Below, piece by piece: positions 1-10,145 of a stretch of 64,000 bases of DNA (position 1 is the first letter of the stretch; the number at the start of each line of letters is the position of its first letter). Source of the DNA: Dehalococcoidia bacterium (GTDB lineage: Bacteria > Chloroflexota > Dehalococcoidia > DSTF01 > JACRBR01). The notes beneath the pieces were generated by a model. That model saw nothing but the letters and a program-made list of their open reading frames with translations, was not told the DNA's origin and searched no databases. Position numbers and translations under genes: made by a program. The stretch lies in NCBI GenBank assembly GCA_021731085.1, contig JAKFYB010000018.1, positions 157,647 through 221,646 of the forward strand. Direction: 5' to 3'.

Positions 1-9
1 GAAGACTTC

Positions 10-300
10 TTGATCGGACGGGTGGAGGACTTACCGCCCAAAGCGCCGCGCAAGGCTCCGGGCGCGCGCATCGTGTACCCGGCGGATCGCGCCTACGCTG
101 ACCTAGACGAAGGCGGCGCGCTCTTTATCAAGGCGACGCGCCGAAGCCTTCAAGATGAACAGAGCTGGTGGCAGCGTCGGCTAGACGCAATCGCCCGGAA
201 GACGGGCCTACGCTGCTACTCGCGCCGTGACAACGCGCAGCACGGCGTATGGTTCACGAAGGAACGTCGGAGAGCAAAGGTGTTAGGGATTCTGACTTAA
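10..300 (+). CDS. Hypothetical protein. The frame is open to the window edge, so it is possibly 5'-partial and island-borne.
   Basis: The ORF is in frame with bases 1-9. High GC3 codon bias. Followed by a bidirectional hairpin terminator. Confidence 0.4.
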   Translation: MIGRVEDLPPKAPRKAPGARIVYPADRAYADLDEGGALFIKATRRSLQDEQSWWQRRLDAIARKTGLRCYSRRDNAQHGVWFTKERRRAKVLGILT

Positions 301-303
301 AGC

Positions 304-341
304 GAAAACGCCCCGCTCGCGTGAGTAGGGCGTTTTCGTTT
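304..341. terminator. Bidirectional rho-independent terminator hairpin (GAAAACGCCCC..GGGGCGTTTTC).
   Basis: Perfect 10-bp GC-rich stem, with T-run on the + strand and A-run on the - strand. It sits between two convergent ORFs. Confidence 0.6.
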
Positions 342-360
342 CAGCCGCCGTAGAGTCTAA

Positions 361-597
361 TCAGCGCGCTTTGTGATGCGCCACAAGCTCCTTAACTTCG
401 TCCGGTTCGATCCCTAGCAGCTTGCCGATCTCGCGAACATGGCGGTTCACGTCGCGCGTTTGCCGGGCGTCAAGCGCCGCGAACGCCTCTTTGAACGGAA
501 CCGTAGCAACGAGCGCACGGCTGTAACCGTCCCATACGCCATGTGCGTAGGTGTGAAGACACCCCACGCAGGATCCATGCTGGTGCTTCTGGCTCAC
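361..597 (-). CDS. Small hypothetical protein co-transcribed with the integrase. It may be a DNA-binding or excisionase-like accessory protein.
   Basis: Its start codon overlaps the integrase stop (ATGA). 78 aa, with a C-terminal helix-rich segment. Confidence 0.45.
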   Translation of the reverse strand: MSQKHQHGSCVGCLHTYAHGVWDGYSRALVATVPFKEAFAALDARQTRDVNRHVREIGKLLGIEPDEVKELVAHHKAR

Positions 598-1841
598 GCG
601 GTACCTCCTAGATTCTGATCGAGGGCGGCGATCGCCTGCTCTTCGAGCCCAAGCGACGGGATCAGGTGCGAGTACGTATCGAGCGTAATCGAGATCCGCG
701 AGTGTCCGAGCAGCGAGCTTGCGACCTTCGCCGGGACGCCTTGTCCGAGCAGGAACGTAGCGAATCCGTGGCGGAGATCATGAAAGCGACACTTCACGCC
801 CGCGCCGGTACGAACGCGATCCCACTCGCGACGTAGCGTCGAATCGTCAATCGGCTTACCGATCCTCGTGACGAAGACGTAACCCGTATCGGCCCAGGCC
901 GTCGTGAGGTTGTCGCGCTGCTCGTCCTGCCATGCGCGATACGCGCGGAGCATGGCGACTGTGCCGGGCGTAAGCGGGATCTTGCGGTGTCCGCTCTGCG
1001 TCTTGGACTTGCGGATGATCATTGAAGCCGCGTCAAAATCAACGTCCGGCCATTGGAGCGCCAATAGCTCGCCTTGTCGAGCGCCCGTCCAAGCGGCAAC
1101 GGCTACTAGCTCGGCGATCTGCGTTCCCTTTGCGGCTTCGATTATTCGGCGCGTTTCCTCTGCGGTCGGTGGGTGGGCTTCGTACTGCGGCGCGCCGGGC
1201 GCGTCGATTAGATCGGCGGGATTCTCCGAGATAAGGCGTTTGCGGAGAGCGTCGCGGAGCGCGTGCTTTAGCGCCCGATGGACGTTCAGTACGGTTTTCT
1301 CTTTGTAGCCCTGATCGCGCATCCGGGCGTACATGCCTTCGATCTGCGGTTCCTTGAGCGCGTCTAGCGGGAGCGTTCCGACTTCGCGCGTAACGTGCTT
1401 CATGAGCGACGCATAGCGCCGTATCGTGCTCGCTTGGCGGAGCGCGCCACGCTTACCCTTCGCTTGGCTCACGCCGACGCCTCTTACCCACTCTTCGGCG
1501 TACGCGCCCACGGTAAGCACGTTGATCGGCGACGGGCCGACTTCTACGGGCGTGATCGCGGGCGGCTTCATGCCGGGGAAATCGCGATCATCGTCGCGCC
1601 GCTTGTCTAGGGCGGTTTGGAGCTTCCGCGCTTCCTTCTGCGTCCGAGCCGACTTCTTGACTTGGTGGCGCTCGCCGCCCGGACAAGTCACGCCCGCGCG
1701 GGTCAATTCGTGGGGATGCTCGCAGCGGTAGTTTGTGATCGCCGCCCAAAAGAGCGTCTTACACCCGCAGGATTCGGGCTGGAGCCCGCGCCCACGCGCC
1801 GCTTTGCAATCAGGCTTGTGTTGTTGGATCTTCGTCGCCAT
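594..1841 (-). CDS. Tyrosine-type site-specific recombinase (phage integrase family).
   Basis: C-terminal catalytic motif HDLRHGFATFLLGQG...LLGHSRISITLDTYSHL (R..HxxR..Y) is present. The ATG at 1841 was chosen because the longer ORF would run through the tRNA region. Confidence 0.85.
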   Translation of the reverse strand: MATKIQQHKPDCKAARGRGLQPESCGCKTLFWAAITNYRCEHPHELTRAGVTCPGGERHQVKKSARTQKEARKLQTALDKRRDDDRDFPGMKPPAITPVEVGPSPINVLTVGAYAEEWVRGVGVSQAKGKRGALRQASTIRRYASLMKHVTREVGTLPLDALKEPQIEGMYARMRDQGYKEKTVLNVHRALKHALRDALRKRLISENPADLIDAPGAPQYEAHPPTAEETRRIIEAAKGTQIAELVAVAAWTGARQGELLALQWPDVDFDAASMIIRKSKTQSGHRKIPLTPGTVAMLRAYRAWQDEQRDNLTTAWADTGYVFVTRIGKPIDDSTLRREWDRVRTGAGVKCRFHDLRHGFATFLLGQGVPAKVASSLLGHSRISITLDTYSHLIPSLGLEEQAIAALDQNLGGTA

Positions 1842-2004
1842 AGGATCGCCGTTCCTTTCCTTGTTCGGGACGGCTACGCTATGCGAGCCGCGCCCCTGCT
1901 TACCCAGGTGTTGCGGAAGGGTTCCGGTTGACGCTCCAACGTCGCCGGAACCCGCTTTTCTGCCCTTCGCCGAGTCTGGATCCGGGCCTAGAAGCATTAT
2001 CCCT

Positions 2005-2024
2005 GATTGCAAGGGCGATTGCAA
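2005..2024. repeat. Direct repeat GATTGCAA-GGGC-GATTGCAA in the int-tRNA spacer, a candidate integrase arm-type site.
   Basis: Seen directly in the sequence. Confidence 0.3.
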
Positions 2025-2081
2025 CCGGCCCCGGTAAGCACAAAACCGACTCGCTAAGGAGCCGGTTTCGTATCTGAAAGT

Positions 2082-2155
<74 letters not shown>

Positions 2156-2236
2156 CTGCCAAAACGTCTCGCCGCGGTAGCCCTGGGGCCGATAAGAATC
2201 CGCCCTCGCGGGCGGACGCGGCGCTTGCTCACAATG

Positions 2237-2323
2237 TGGTGCCGAGAAGGAGATTTGAACTCCTACGCCCTTGCGGGCACCGCCCCCTCAAGACGGCGTG
2301 TCTGCCTATTCCACCACCTCGGC
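2237..2323 (-). tRNA. tRNA-Leu (anticodon GAG), class II with a long variable arm and CCA encoded.
   Basis: 5' GCCGAGGTGGTGGAAT is typical of tRNA-Leu. Anticodon stem CCGTC/GGCGG with loop TTGAGGG. T-arm GGAGTTCAAATCTCC. 87 nt. Confidence 0.88.
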
Positions 2324-2449
2324 ACAATGACCGCGCGCAGGCGGCAGTAACAGTATAGTCGGCACTTTGGGGGGTGACAAAGACTCGGCTCCATTCGGCA
2401 TCGGCCCTCCGTTGGACACCGCGCCCGTGCCCGCCGACACTCCTACAAT

Positions 2450-4465
2450 ATGGGGCGCTCTTTCACTTGGCTGGTCATCCCGCTCGCCGTGGCGCTGCTC
2501 GCCGGAGCCGCGTGTTCGCGCCTGCAGGAGGGCGACGAGACGTTCGCTATACCCGATACATATGTCGCTGCCGACGAGACGTACACGCTGCTCTACAGCA
2601 CGATCGGCTACGACCTCGGCGGGACGAAGCGCGTGCTCATCCGCCTGAACGACCCGGATGCGCCGCTCTCTGTGGGTCTCGCGTTCCAGTGGCGGCTCGT
2701 CGCGGAGGACGGCCGCGTCGTGAAGGTCGGCAACGCCTCGTACGACGGCGACGCCTGGGGCATCCCGATCTGGATCGCCGACTTCTCCGACGTCGATGCG
2801 CCCGGCACCTATCGCATGGCGCTCGAAGCGCCGGAAGTGACGCTCGCGACGGACGCGTTTCCCGTCGAGGAATTCTTGCTGTTTCGCCGCACGTTCGTGC
2901 CCGTCGCGCTCGACAACGCAGAGGTGCGCGCGGCACCGATCGAGGATGACAACGGCTTCTACGACGACACGAGCATTGAGGGCACCGCCGCCGCGCACGG
3001 CGAGTTCCTCATGGGCCTCCTCGCGGTGTACGAAGCGCGCCGCCCGTCGATGACCGACGCCATGCGACAACGCACGCGGGCAGCGATCAGCCGCGCGCTC
3101 GACTATCTGCTGCTGCTCAGCGACCCGGCGACGGGCGAGTTCGCACACACCGCGCCGACGCGTCCGTACCAGGGTTTCGATCCGGATGACACGCTCGTCG
3201 GCACGCGCGCGCTCGCCCGCTACGCAGCGGAGTTCCAGGGCGAGGATCCGGCGACGGCCGACCGAGCCTATCGCCGCGCGCGTATGGGCGAAGAGTGGAT
3301 CATCGAGAACGAGGAAGACAGCTACAGCGTGTGGGCGCGAGCGGCGATCGCGTACGACTTCTACCGCTACACATCCGACGAGGATCAGCTCGATCTCGCG
3401 GCGGAAAGCGTGCGCGAGATCGCGGAGGAGTACGACCTGCGTACGATGGATCGCAGCAGCTACGACACCAGCGCGCATATCGAAACGATGTTCCGCATGT
3501 GGCAGGATCTCCCGTCGCATCCGGATCGCCCGCTGTGGGAAGCGGCAGCGCTAGGCATCGGCGAGCAGTACGCCGAGTTCATGGAGCGCAACCCGTTCGA
3601 CGTCATCGCGCCCGGTGTCGACGAAGGCGACGATTCACCCGAAGTACAGTGGGACGCGATGGAGAGCGAACCGCCGCCAGGCGATGGTCCGGACGCCGTT
3701 GTCGGCAACGAGTGGTTTCTCGCGCGCGTCGCCGACGCTGTGTACCTCGCGCGCATGACGGACGACGACGCGCTCGCAGAAGCCGCTGCTGGCAGCCTGC
3801 TCTGGGTCAGCGGCCTGAACACGGGCATCGACGTCGCGCGCGTCGCGGACGATGGCGTTGAGTCGCCCTTCGTTGCGGCGTCCTTCCTCACGGGGCTGGA
3901 CTCACGCGCCGTGCAGACGCACCCGGACTGGCAGTGGCAGCGCGCGCGCCCGATCGGCACGATCGTTGGTGGCTTCCGGCGCGCATTCGTGTTCGATGAC
4001 AATGCCGCCGCCAGCGTGCCGTCGATCGTCCGCGATGGGCTTTGGCTGAAGGCCGTCGTGCTGTACGAAGACCTGCTCCACCCTGCCGGCCGCGCGGATC
4101 ACCCCGTCGAGACAGCGCCTGTCATCGTCGGCGCACAGATGCGCGTCGCGTCCGTGCAGAGCGAAACACTCGAGGATCAGTTGGCGCTCACCGTGGATGT
4201 CGTCGGGTCGGACGGTGAACCATTGCGGGGAGCGTTCGTGACCGTCTCGTGGCGTGCTACCGCCGTCGAAGGCGTCCCCGTCGAGGCGACGATCCTCGTC
4301 ACGACATGCGAGACGCAAGACGACGGCTCGTGCATCGTAAGCATCGCCACCGACGATCTCGACGGCGAGAACCCAATCGCCGCCGTCGTGACCAACCTCG
4401 AACACGAAGACTACGCGACGGCTCCGTCTGCCGAGACGTTCGGCGAACAGTGGCTGTTCGACTAA
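2450..4465 (+). CDS. Large secreted protein or lipoprotein of unknown function (671 aa). It may be a glycoside-hydrolase-like protein with Ig-like domains, but this is a low-confidence guess.
   Basis: N-terminal signal peptide with a Cys near the cleavage site (LLAGAACS). Acidic and aromatic-rich. No catalytic motif was confidently recognised. Confidence 0.55.
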   Translation: MGRSFTWLVIPLAVALLAGAACSRLQEGDETFAIPDTYVAADETYTLLYSTIGYDLGGTKRVLIRLNDPDAPLSVGLAFQWRLVAEDGRVVKVGNASYDGDAWGIPIWIADFSDVDAPGTYRMALEAPEVTLATDAFPVEEFLLFRRTFVPVALDNAEVRAAPIEDDNGFYDDTSIEGTAAAHGEFLMGLLAVYEARRPSMTDAMRQRTRAAISRALDYLLLLSDPATGEFAHTAPTRPYQGFDPDDTLVGTRALARYAAEFQGEDPATADRAYRRARMGEEWIIENEEDSYSVWARAAIAYDFYRYTSDEDQLDLAAESVREIAEEYDLRTMDRSSYDTSAHIETMFRMWQDLPSHPDRPLWEAAALGIGEQYAEFMERNPFDVIAPGVDEGDDSPEVQWDAMESEPPPGDGPDAVVGNEWFLARVADAVYLARMTDDDALAEAAAGSLLWVSGLNTGIDVARVADDGVESPFVAASFLTGLDSRAVQTHPDWQWQRARPIGTIVGGFRRAFVFDDNAAASVPSIVRDGLWLKAVVLYEDLLHPAGRADHPVETAPVIVGAQMRVASVQSETLEDQLALTVDVVGSDGEPLRGAFVTVSWRATAVEGVPVEATILVTTCETQDDGSCIVSIATDDLDGENPIAAVVTNLEHEDYATAPSAETFGEQWLFD

Positions 4466-4475
4466 CGGCTTGGCC

Positions 4476-4500
4476 GTAGGGCAGGCTTTTCAGCCCGCGC
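4476..4500. repeat. Degenerate TGTAG-hairpin family copy (GTAGGGCAGGCTTTTCAGCCCGCGC) in the convergent spacer between the lipoprotein gene and the PBP gene.
   Basis: Similarity to the 60925 and 35605 copies. Probably acts as a bidirectional terminator. Confidence 0.5.
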
Positions 4501-4525
4501 AGTCGTCGGGGCCCGGGACCGCACG

Positions 4526-7363
4526 CTAGAACTCGAAGTCCGGGATCGGCGTTGCTGTCGGGAACGCGTCTTCAAACGGGTTATCTGACGTCGGGCGCGC
4601 GATGGGACCGTCTTCGTCCTCATCTTCGTCGTCGTCATCAACAGCGGCACCGTTGCGAACCGTCACCGTAATGAACGTCGACAGTTCCCCTCGATCCTTC
4701 GTCTCGAGCACGAGGCGAACGGTGTAAGTTCCGGTCGGCAGATCATCCACCTTCCACAGTGCGAGCCCACCACCGGGCTGCGGTGTCTCGGAGCGCATCA
4801 GTAGGTTCCACGCAAGTGGCTGCGCGCCTTCGCCCCACTCGACGCGATACGCCAGGAACTGCGCGTCATCAGCACGACCGCTGATCGCGACGTTGCCGCG
4901 GACGCGTTCGCCGTTTCGCGGCGATAGGATCGCCACAGGCGCGTTGCCGGTGCTGCGCTCGCTCGGCGTCCCGGAGACCGCGAGGTATCGCTGCCATTCG
5001 ACGGCCTGTTCCCGCGCGAAGCCCTGCGTCGTTTCCGGGATCTGCAGTCCGAACCGTTCCTGGATGAACTGTGGCGGCGTCAGTTCGGTCGCGAGCAGTC
5101 CGTCGCGGATGTCGATCTTCGCGCGGCGCCACCAGTTGTCCTCTTCCTTCGGCGCCGTTGCCTCAGGAAGCATGTTCTTCACTTTTCGCCCGCAAGTCGC
5201 ATTGGCCTTCAGCCCGGAGGGTGTGCATGTATCCAGGGACACAATGCCGCCCGGTTTCTCGAACTGGCTCGCCGGCGTGTCCGCGAGCGCCGTCGTCATG
5301 AAGTCGCGCAATGCGCGATACGAGATGGATGTCGACGTGATGTTGTACATCGGCGAGTTGTCGCTGTTCCCGGCCCAGACGCCGGCGACGAGTTCCGGCG
5401 TGTAGCCGTATGTCCAGGTCTCGCCGATCGCCTTCAACTCTTCGAACGGCTCGCTCGTTCCTGTCTTCACGCCCCACGGCCGGCCGATCGTCAGCGTCCC
5501 GCATCCGTACGTGATGCAGTGGGCGTTCGGGTCAGAGAGGATGCTCGTGATCATGTAGGAGATCTGCGGCGGCACTACCTGCTCTTCCTTCACCTGCACG
5601 CGGTGGTCAGGCGTGTCGGGGTACAGCACCGTGCCGTCCTGTCGCGTGATCTGGAGGATGGACACGGGGTCGAGCTTGCGGTTGCCTTCATCGAGGCTCT
5701 TGGATGTCGTCGTACCGCGCATCACGCCGTTGTTCGCGAGCACGGTGTACGCGTACGTCACATCGACCAGGCTCACATCGACGCCGCCGAGCGTCACCGA
5801 CGGACCGTAGCCCTTGTCGTCGAGGCTCGTCATGCCGAACTTCTTGTAGGTCTCGACGACCTGCGGCACGCCCACGTACAGTGCCGCCTTGAACGCCGGG
5901 ATATTGAACGAGTTGCCCAGCGCACTCCGCACCGTCACCGGCCCCTGGAAGCCGCCGTTCGGGTTACGCGGCGTGAACGGCTCTCCGTCCGCATCGGGGT
6001 ACGAGATCGGCGTGTCGAGCATCTCCGTCTCGGGACCCCAGCCCAGTTGTTCAAACGCCGCCGCGAACGTAAACGGCTTAAGCGTCGAGCCGGGCGAGTT
6101 CAACGCGCTTGCGTTGTCGTTGCGTCCCGCGAGTACGCAGTCGCAATCCTCGTAGTACGTGTCGGAGAAGTAGTCGCGCGAACCGACGTACACCAGGATC
6201 TCCGATGTGCGCGGATCCATCGCGACGATCGCGCCGTTGTGGCCGTACGCCGACGACTCGAACTCCGTCAACCACGTTTCGATCGCCGTCTGCGCCTTCG
6301 CCTGCATACTCAGGTCGAGCGTCGTCGTGATGCGAAGGCCGCCGCGGTACAGAGCCTCCGTCCCGTACAGCGCCTCGATTTGCGGCTGCACGTAGTTGAA
6401 CACCCAGTGCGGCGCCTGTACGGGGAAGCGTTGCGCAACGATTGTCGGCTGCGACAGCGTCGCGATGTAGAACGCGGTGTCGCTGACATCGACCGTCGAT
6501 CCGCTCTCATCCACCTGGAAGCGATACGCCGGTACGTCTTTACCTTCTTCTTGTACCGTCACGCGGTCACGCGTGCGCATCAGTTGCAGCACGGCGTTGC
6601 GCCGTTCGATCGCACGCTCGGGATTGTTGATCGGCTCGTACGCCGATGGATACGCCGGAATGCCCGCGAGCATCGCAGCCTCAGCGAGATTGAGGTCCTT
6701 CGCAGACTTCCCGAAGTAGCCCATCGACGCCGCCTCGACGCCGTTGTAGATGCCGCCGTACGAGATCTGGTTCAGGTACCACTCGAGGATCTGATCCTTC
6801 GAGTAGTCGCTCGTCAGCTCCAGCGCGAAGATCGTCTCCTTCATCTTCCGTTCGTACGAACGCTGCGATCGCTCCTCCTCCGGAATGTAGATGTTCTTCA
6901 CGAGCTGCTGCGTGATTGAACTACCACCCGTCGTCGCGCCAGCGTTGGGTTCCCTCAGCCCGAACTGCTCCAGTCCCGCGCGCGCCAGGCCGCGAAGGTT
7001 CACGCCCTCGTTCGTCCAGTAGCTGTAGTCCTCGGTCGAGACCGTGGCCGCGATCAGGTACGGCGAAATGTTCTCGAGCTTCACAGGCGAGCGCAGCCCG
7101 GACCGGTCGTCGATGTACTCGTACAGCAGCGTGCCGTTGCGGTCATAAATCTGCGCCCCGCCCGATGGTTGGCTCGCGATGACCTCCGCCGGCGACTGAA
7201 CGTCGTTCGCGTAGTAGCGATAGACGGCGTACGTGCTGCCTGCCCCAACCGCCACTGCGATGATGCCGAGCCCGACTATGCCGATGGCTACCTGCAGGAA
7301 CCAAGGGATACCGCCTCCCCCGGAGTTGTTCCCGCTTCCGGATCGCCGCCTTCCGCGAAGCAT
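4526..7363 (-). CDS. Class A penicillin-binding protein (bifunctional transglycosylase/transpeptidase, PBP1A family) with an acidic C-terminal tail.
   Basis: Transglycosylase motifs EDYSYWTNEG and SITQQLVKN. Transpeptidase motifs SPGSTLKP (SxxK), SFN and KTGT. The N-terminal TM anchor follows Met31. Alternative start at 7453. Confidence 0.85.
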   Translation of the reverse strand: MLRGRRRSGSGNNSGGGGIPWFLQVAIGIVGLGIIAVAVGAGSTYAVYRYYANDVQSPAEVIASQPSGGAQIYDRNGTLLYEYIDDRSGLRSPVKLENISPYLIAATVSTEDYSYWTNEGVNLRGLARAGLEQFGLREPNAGATTGGSSITQQLVKNIYIPEEERSQRSYERKMKETIFALELTSDYSKDQILEWYLNQISYGGIYNGVEAASMGYFGKSAKDLNLAEAAMLAGIPAYPSAYEPINNPERAIERRNAVLQLMRTRDRVTVQEEGKDVPAYRFQVDESGSTVDVSDTAFYIATLSQPTIVAQRFPVQAPHWVFNYVQPQIEALYGTEALYRGGLRITTTLDLSMQAKAQTAIETWLTEFESSAYGHNGAIVAMDPRTSEILVYVGSRDYFSDTYYEDCDCVLAGRNDNASALNSPGSTLKPFTFAAAFEQLGWGPETEMLDTPISYPDADGEPFTPRNPNGGFQGPVTVRSALGNSFNIPAFKAALYVGVPQVVETYKKFGMTSLDDKGYGPSVTLGGVDVSLVDVTYAYTVLANNGVMRGTTTSKSLDEGNRKLDPVSILQITRQDGTVLYPDTPDHRVQVKEEQVVPPQISYMITSILSDPNAHCITYGCGTLTIGRPWGVKTGTSEPFEELKAIGETWTYGYTPELVAGVWAGNSDNSPMYNITSTSISYRALRDFMTTALADTPASQFEKPGGIVSLDTCTPSGLKANATCGRKVKNMLPEATAPKEEDNWWRRAKIDIRDGLLATELTPPQFIQERFGLQIPETTQGFAREQAVEWQRYLAVSGTPSERSTGNAPVAILSPRNGERVRGNVAISGRADDAQFLAYRVEWGEGAQPLAWNLLMRSETPQPGGGLALWKVDDLPTGTYTVRLVLETKDRGELSTFITVTVRNGAAVDDDDEDEDEDGPIARPTSDNPFEDAFPTATPIPDFEF

Positions 7364-7400
7364 CCTTCTCGTGGCGAAATTCTGTGACAACCTCGTCCTC

Positions 7401-8147
7401 CTACCCCTCCCCTGCGCCCGGCTTCGCCAAAACGACGAAGTGCGACAGCCCAAACATCTTCAAAGGCGTCTGCTCCGCCCGGTACAGCGTCGACCGGAGC
7501 ACCCCGCCCAGCCGCTTGCGCCGGGCAATGATGTTGTCGAAGCCGGGGTATACATACGATTCTACGTCAACGCGCACTGGCAGGTTCCGCCACAGCTTCC
7601 GAATGCCACCTTTCGTGTACGCCCGCGCGTGGGGCACCAGCCGGTTCCTCAGTGGATCCGGCAGCCAGTTCACGAAGGGAATATTTCCGAAGATGAAGCG
7701 GCTCCCGACGTAGATTCCGTGCGTTTCGAATGGATACATCCGGTTCGGTGCATATATGACGATGTGGCCGCCCGGTCGCAGAACACGAAACGCCTCGGCC
7801 ATCGTCGCCTCGTCGTCCGTGACGTGCTCGATCACCTCGTTCAATACGATCGCATCGAACGTGGCGTCCGGATAGGGCAGATGCTCGCCGACGGCCAGCA
7901 TCAGGCCGGGCGTCGTCTTCGCGCCTTCACGCAGCCGCTTCGGATCGATGTCGATGCCGCAAACGTCATCGCTGAACTCGCGAAACTTGCGGACATACAC
8001 GCCCAGCCCGCACCCGATATCGAGGATGCGTGCGCCTTCCAGCGGCACATGGCGGCGGATCAAATCTAAACGGCGGTCCTGTCCGAACCGCCAGACGAAG
8101 CTGGGATTGCCGAGCGCAACTTCCGCTCGATCGGGGGCGCTAACCAT
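7401..8147 (-). CDS. Class I SAM-dependent methyltransferase.
   Basis: Motif I ILDIGCGLGVY and post-I/II motifs (VLNEVIEHV). Start chosen at the ATG with an AGGA RBS; the ORF is open upstream to 8426. Confidence 0.75.
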   Translation of the reverse strand: MVSAPDRAEVALGNPSFVWRFGQDRRLDLIRRHVPLEGARILDIGCGLGVYVRKFREFSDDVCGIDIDPKRLREGAKTTPGLMLAVGEHLPYPDATFDAIVLNEVIEHVTDDEATMAEAFRVLRPGGHIVIYAPNRMYPFETHGIYVGSRFIFGNIPFVNWLPDPLRNRLVPHARAYTKGGIRKLWRNLPVRVDVESYVYPGFDNIIARRKRLGGVLRSTLYRAEQTPLKMFGLSHFVVLAKPGAGEG

Positions 8148-8315
8148 AGTCCTACCAGTCGGCCACCATCGCCCGCCATGGCGTACGGTCGCGCGAAACC
8201 ACCCTACCGTTCTGAGGCTATCACACGGCCGCGAAGGGCCGCACGGTTCGAACGTACCATCCGCACACGAAGGCATCGGATTCCACGACGGATCGCGAGC
8301 GCGTATCCTGCCCCT

Positions 8316-8603
8316 ATGAAGCTCGAACGAGAAGCTGTCACGCACATCGCGCGCCTCGCCCGCGTCCATCTCACAGATGACGAGATCGACACATATGCAG
8401 GCCAGCTCGGCGACATCATTGGGCACTTCGACGTCCTCGATGGTGTCAACACCGACGGCATCGAGCCGACCACCCAGGCGCTGATGCTCCGCAATGTCAT
8501 GGCCGATGATGTCGCCGGCCCGTCGCTGCCCCGTGACGTCGTACTCGATCTCGCGCCCACCACCGAAGACGGCTATCTCCGCGTGCGCGCGGTGCTGGAG
8601 TAG
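8316..8603 (+). CDS. gatC: Asp-tRNA(Asn)/Glu-tRNA(Gln) amidotransferase subunit C.
   Basis: 95-aa protein MKLEREAVTHIARLARVHLTDDEIDTYAGQL, typical of GatC. Located immediately upstream of gatA. Confidence 0.85.
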   Translation: MKLEREAVTHIARLARVHLTDDEIDTYAGQLGDIIGHFDVLDGVNTDGIEPTTQALMLRNVMADDVAGPSLPRDVVLDLAPTTEDGYLRVRAVLE

Positions 8604-8611
8604 ATTCGCCC

Positions 8612-10069
8612 TTGGACTTGCACTGGCTCTCTATAGATGAGGCGTCGCGCCGGCTCGATGCCCGCGAGATCTCATCGCGCGAACTGACCAAGGCAGTGCT
8701 CGACCGCATCGAGGCTGTCGATGGCCGCGTTGGCGCGTATCTGTCGCTGGCCGCGGAGTCCGCGCTCGAATCCGCCGACGCCGCAGATAAACGGCGCAGC
8801 GACGGTGAGCGCGGGTCCCTGCTTGGCATCCCCGTTGCGTTAAAAGATGTGTTGTCGAAGCGCGGCCTGCCGACTACATGCGGTTCGCGCATGCTCGAGT
8901 CGTATGTCCCGCCGTACGACGCTACCGTTGTCGAGTTGCTCGATCGCGCTGGAGCCGTCGTCCTTGGCAAGACGAACATGGACGAATTCGCGATGGGTTC
9001 ATCCACCGAGAACTCTGCCTACCATCCCACGCACAATCCATGGGATCTTGAACGCGTTCCCGGCGGTTCGTCGGGCGGTTCCGCCGCTGCTGTTGCCGCG
9101 GGCGAGGCGACGTTCGCGCTCGGCTCCGACACGGGCGGCAGCATCCGACAGCCCGCCGCGTTGTGCGGCGTCGTCGGCATGAAGCCGACCTACGGCCGTG
9201 TCAGCCGTTTCGGCCTCGTCGCGTTCGCAAGTTCGCTCGACCAGATCGGGCCGTTCACGCGCACCGTTCGCGACACCGCGACCGTTCTCAACGCCATCTG
9301 CGGCCACGACAAGCGCGATTCGACCTCGGCCCCCGTCGACGTGCCCGACTTCACTGTTGGCCTCGATCGCGGCGTGCAGGGCCTGCGCATCGGAGTGCCG
9401 CGCGAGTACATGCCTTCTTCGCTGGACGCCGGCGTGCGCGCGAAGGTGGAAGCCGCACTCAGCGCCTTCGAGTCACAGGGCGCCATCATCGAGCGTGATG
9501 TTCCGCTGCCGAGCACCGAAGCAGCACTCGCCGTGTACTACATCATTGCGCCGAGCGAGGCGTCCGCTAACCTCGCGCGATATGACGGCGTGAAGTACGG
9601 GTTCTCGTACACGCAGGGCAAGACGATGTGGGAGAACATGGAGATGACCCGCGGTCAGGGGTTCGGCGCCGAGGTAAAACGCCGCATCATGATCGGCACG
9701 TACGCGCTCTCCTCCGGCTACTACGACGCCTACTACCTCAAAGCCCAGAAGGTCCGCACCGTCATCCGCAATGAGTTCGACGCCGCGTTCGAGAAGTACG
9801 ACGTCCTCGTCTCTCCCGTTACGCCGACACCTGCGTTCAAGATCGGCGAGAAGGCCAACGACCCATACGCCATGTATCTGAACGACGTGTTTACTCTCCC
9901 CGTGAACATCGCCGGGTTACCGGGCATCTCCGTTCCTGCAGGGCTCGTGGATGGCCTGCCTGTGGGCCTCCAGGTCATCGGAAAGCCCTTCGATGAAGAA
10001 GCCGTTCTGAGAGTGGCCAGCGCCTTCGAAGCCGCGTCGGGCTGGCAGGACCAGCATCCACCGCTGTAA
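8612..10069 (+). CDS. gatA: Glutamyl-tRNA(Gln) amidotransferase subunit A (amidase signature family).
   Basis: Amidase signature GGSSGGSAAAVAAG and catalytic Lys in GIPVALKDV. TTG start 9 nt after the gatC stop. Confidence 0.9.
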   Translation: MDLHWLSIDEASRRLDAREISSRELTKAVLDRIEAVDGRVGAYLSLAAESALESADAADKRRSDGERGSLLGIPVALKDVLSKRGLPTTCGSRMLESYVPPYDATVVELLDRAGAVVLGKTNMDEFAMGSSTENSAYHPTHNPWDLERVPGGSSGGSAAAVAAGEATFALGSDTGGSIRQPAALCGVVGMKPTYGRVSRFGLVAFASSLDQIGPFTRTVRDTATVLNAICGHDKRDSTSAPVDVPDFTVGLDRGVQGLRIGVPREYMPSSLDAGVRAKVEAALSAFESQGAIIERDVPLPSTEAALAVYYIIAPSEASANLARYDGVKYGFSYTQGKTMWENMEMTRGQGFGAEVKRRIMIGTYALSSGYYDAYYLKAQKVRTVIRNEFDAAFEKYDVLVSPVTPTPAFKIGEKANDPYAMYLNDVFTLPVNIAGLPGISVPAGLVDGLPVGLQVIGKPFDEEAVLRVASAFEAASGWQDQHPPL

Positions 10070-10145
10070 CCTCACGAATCCGCCCAGGCTGGCTTCGCGT
10101 ACCATGCGTGCGCCAGTCGTGCGAAATGTTGGAGGGACATCCGAA

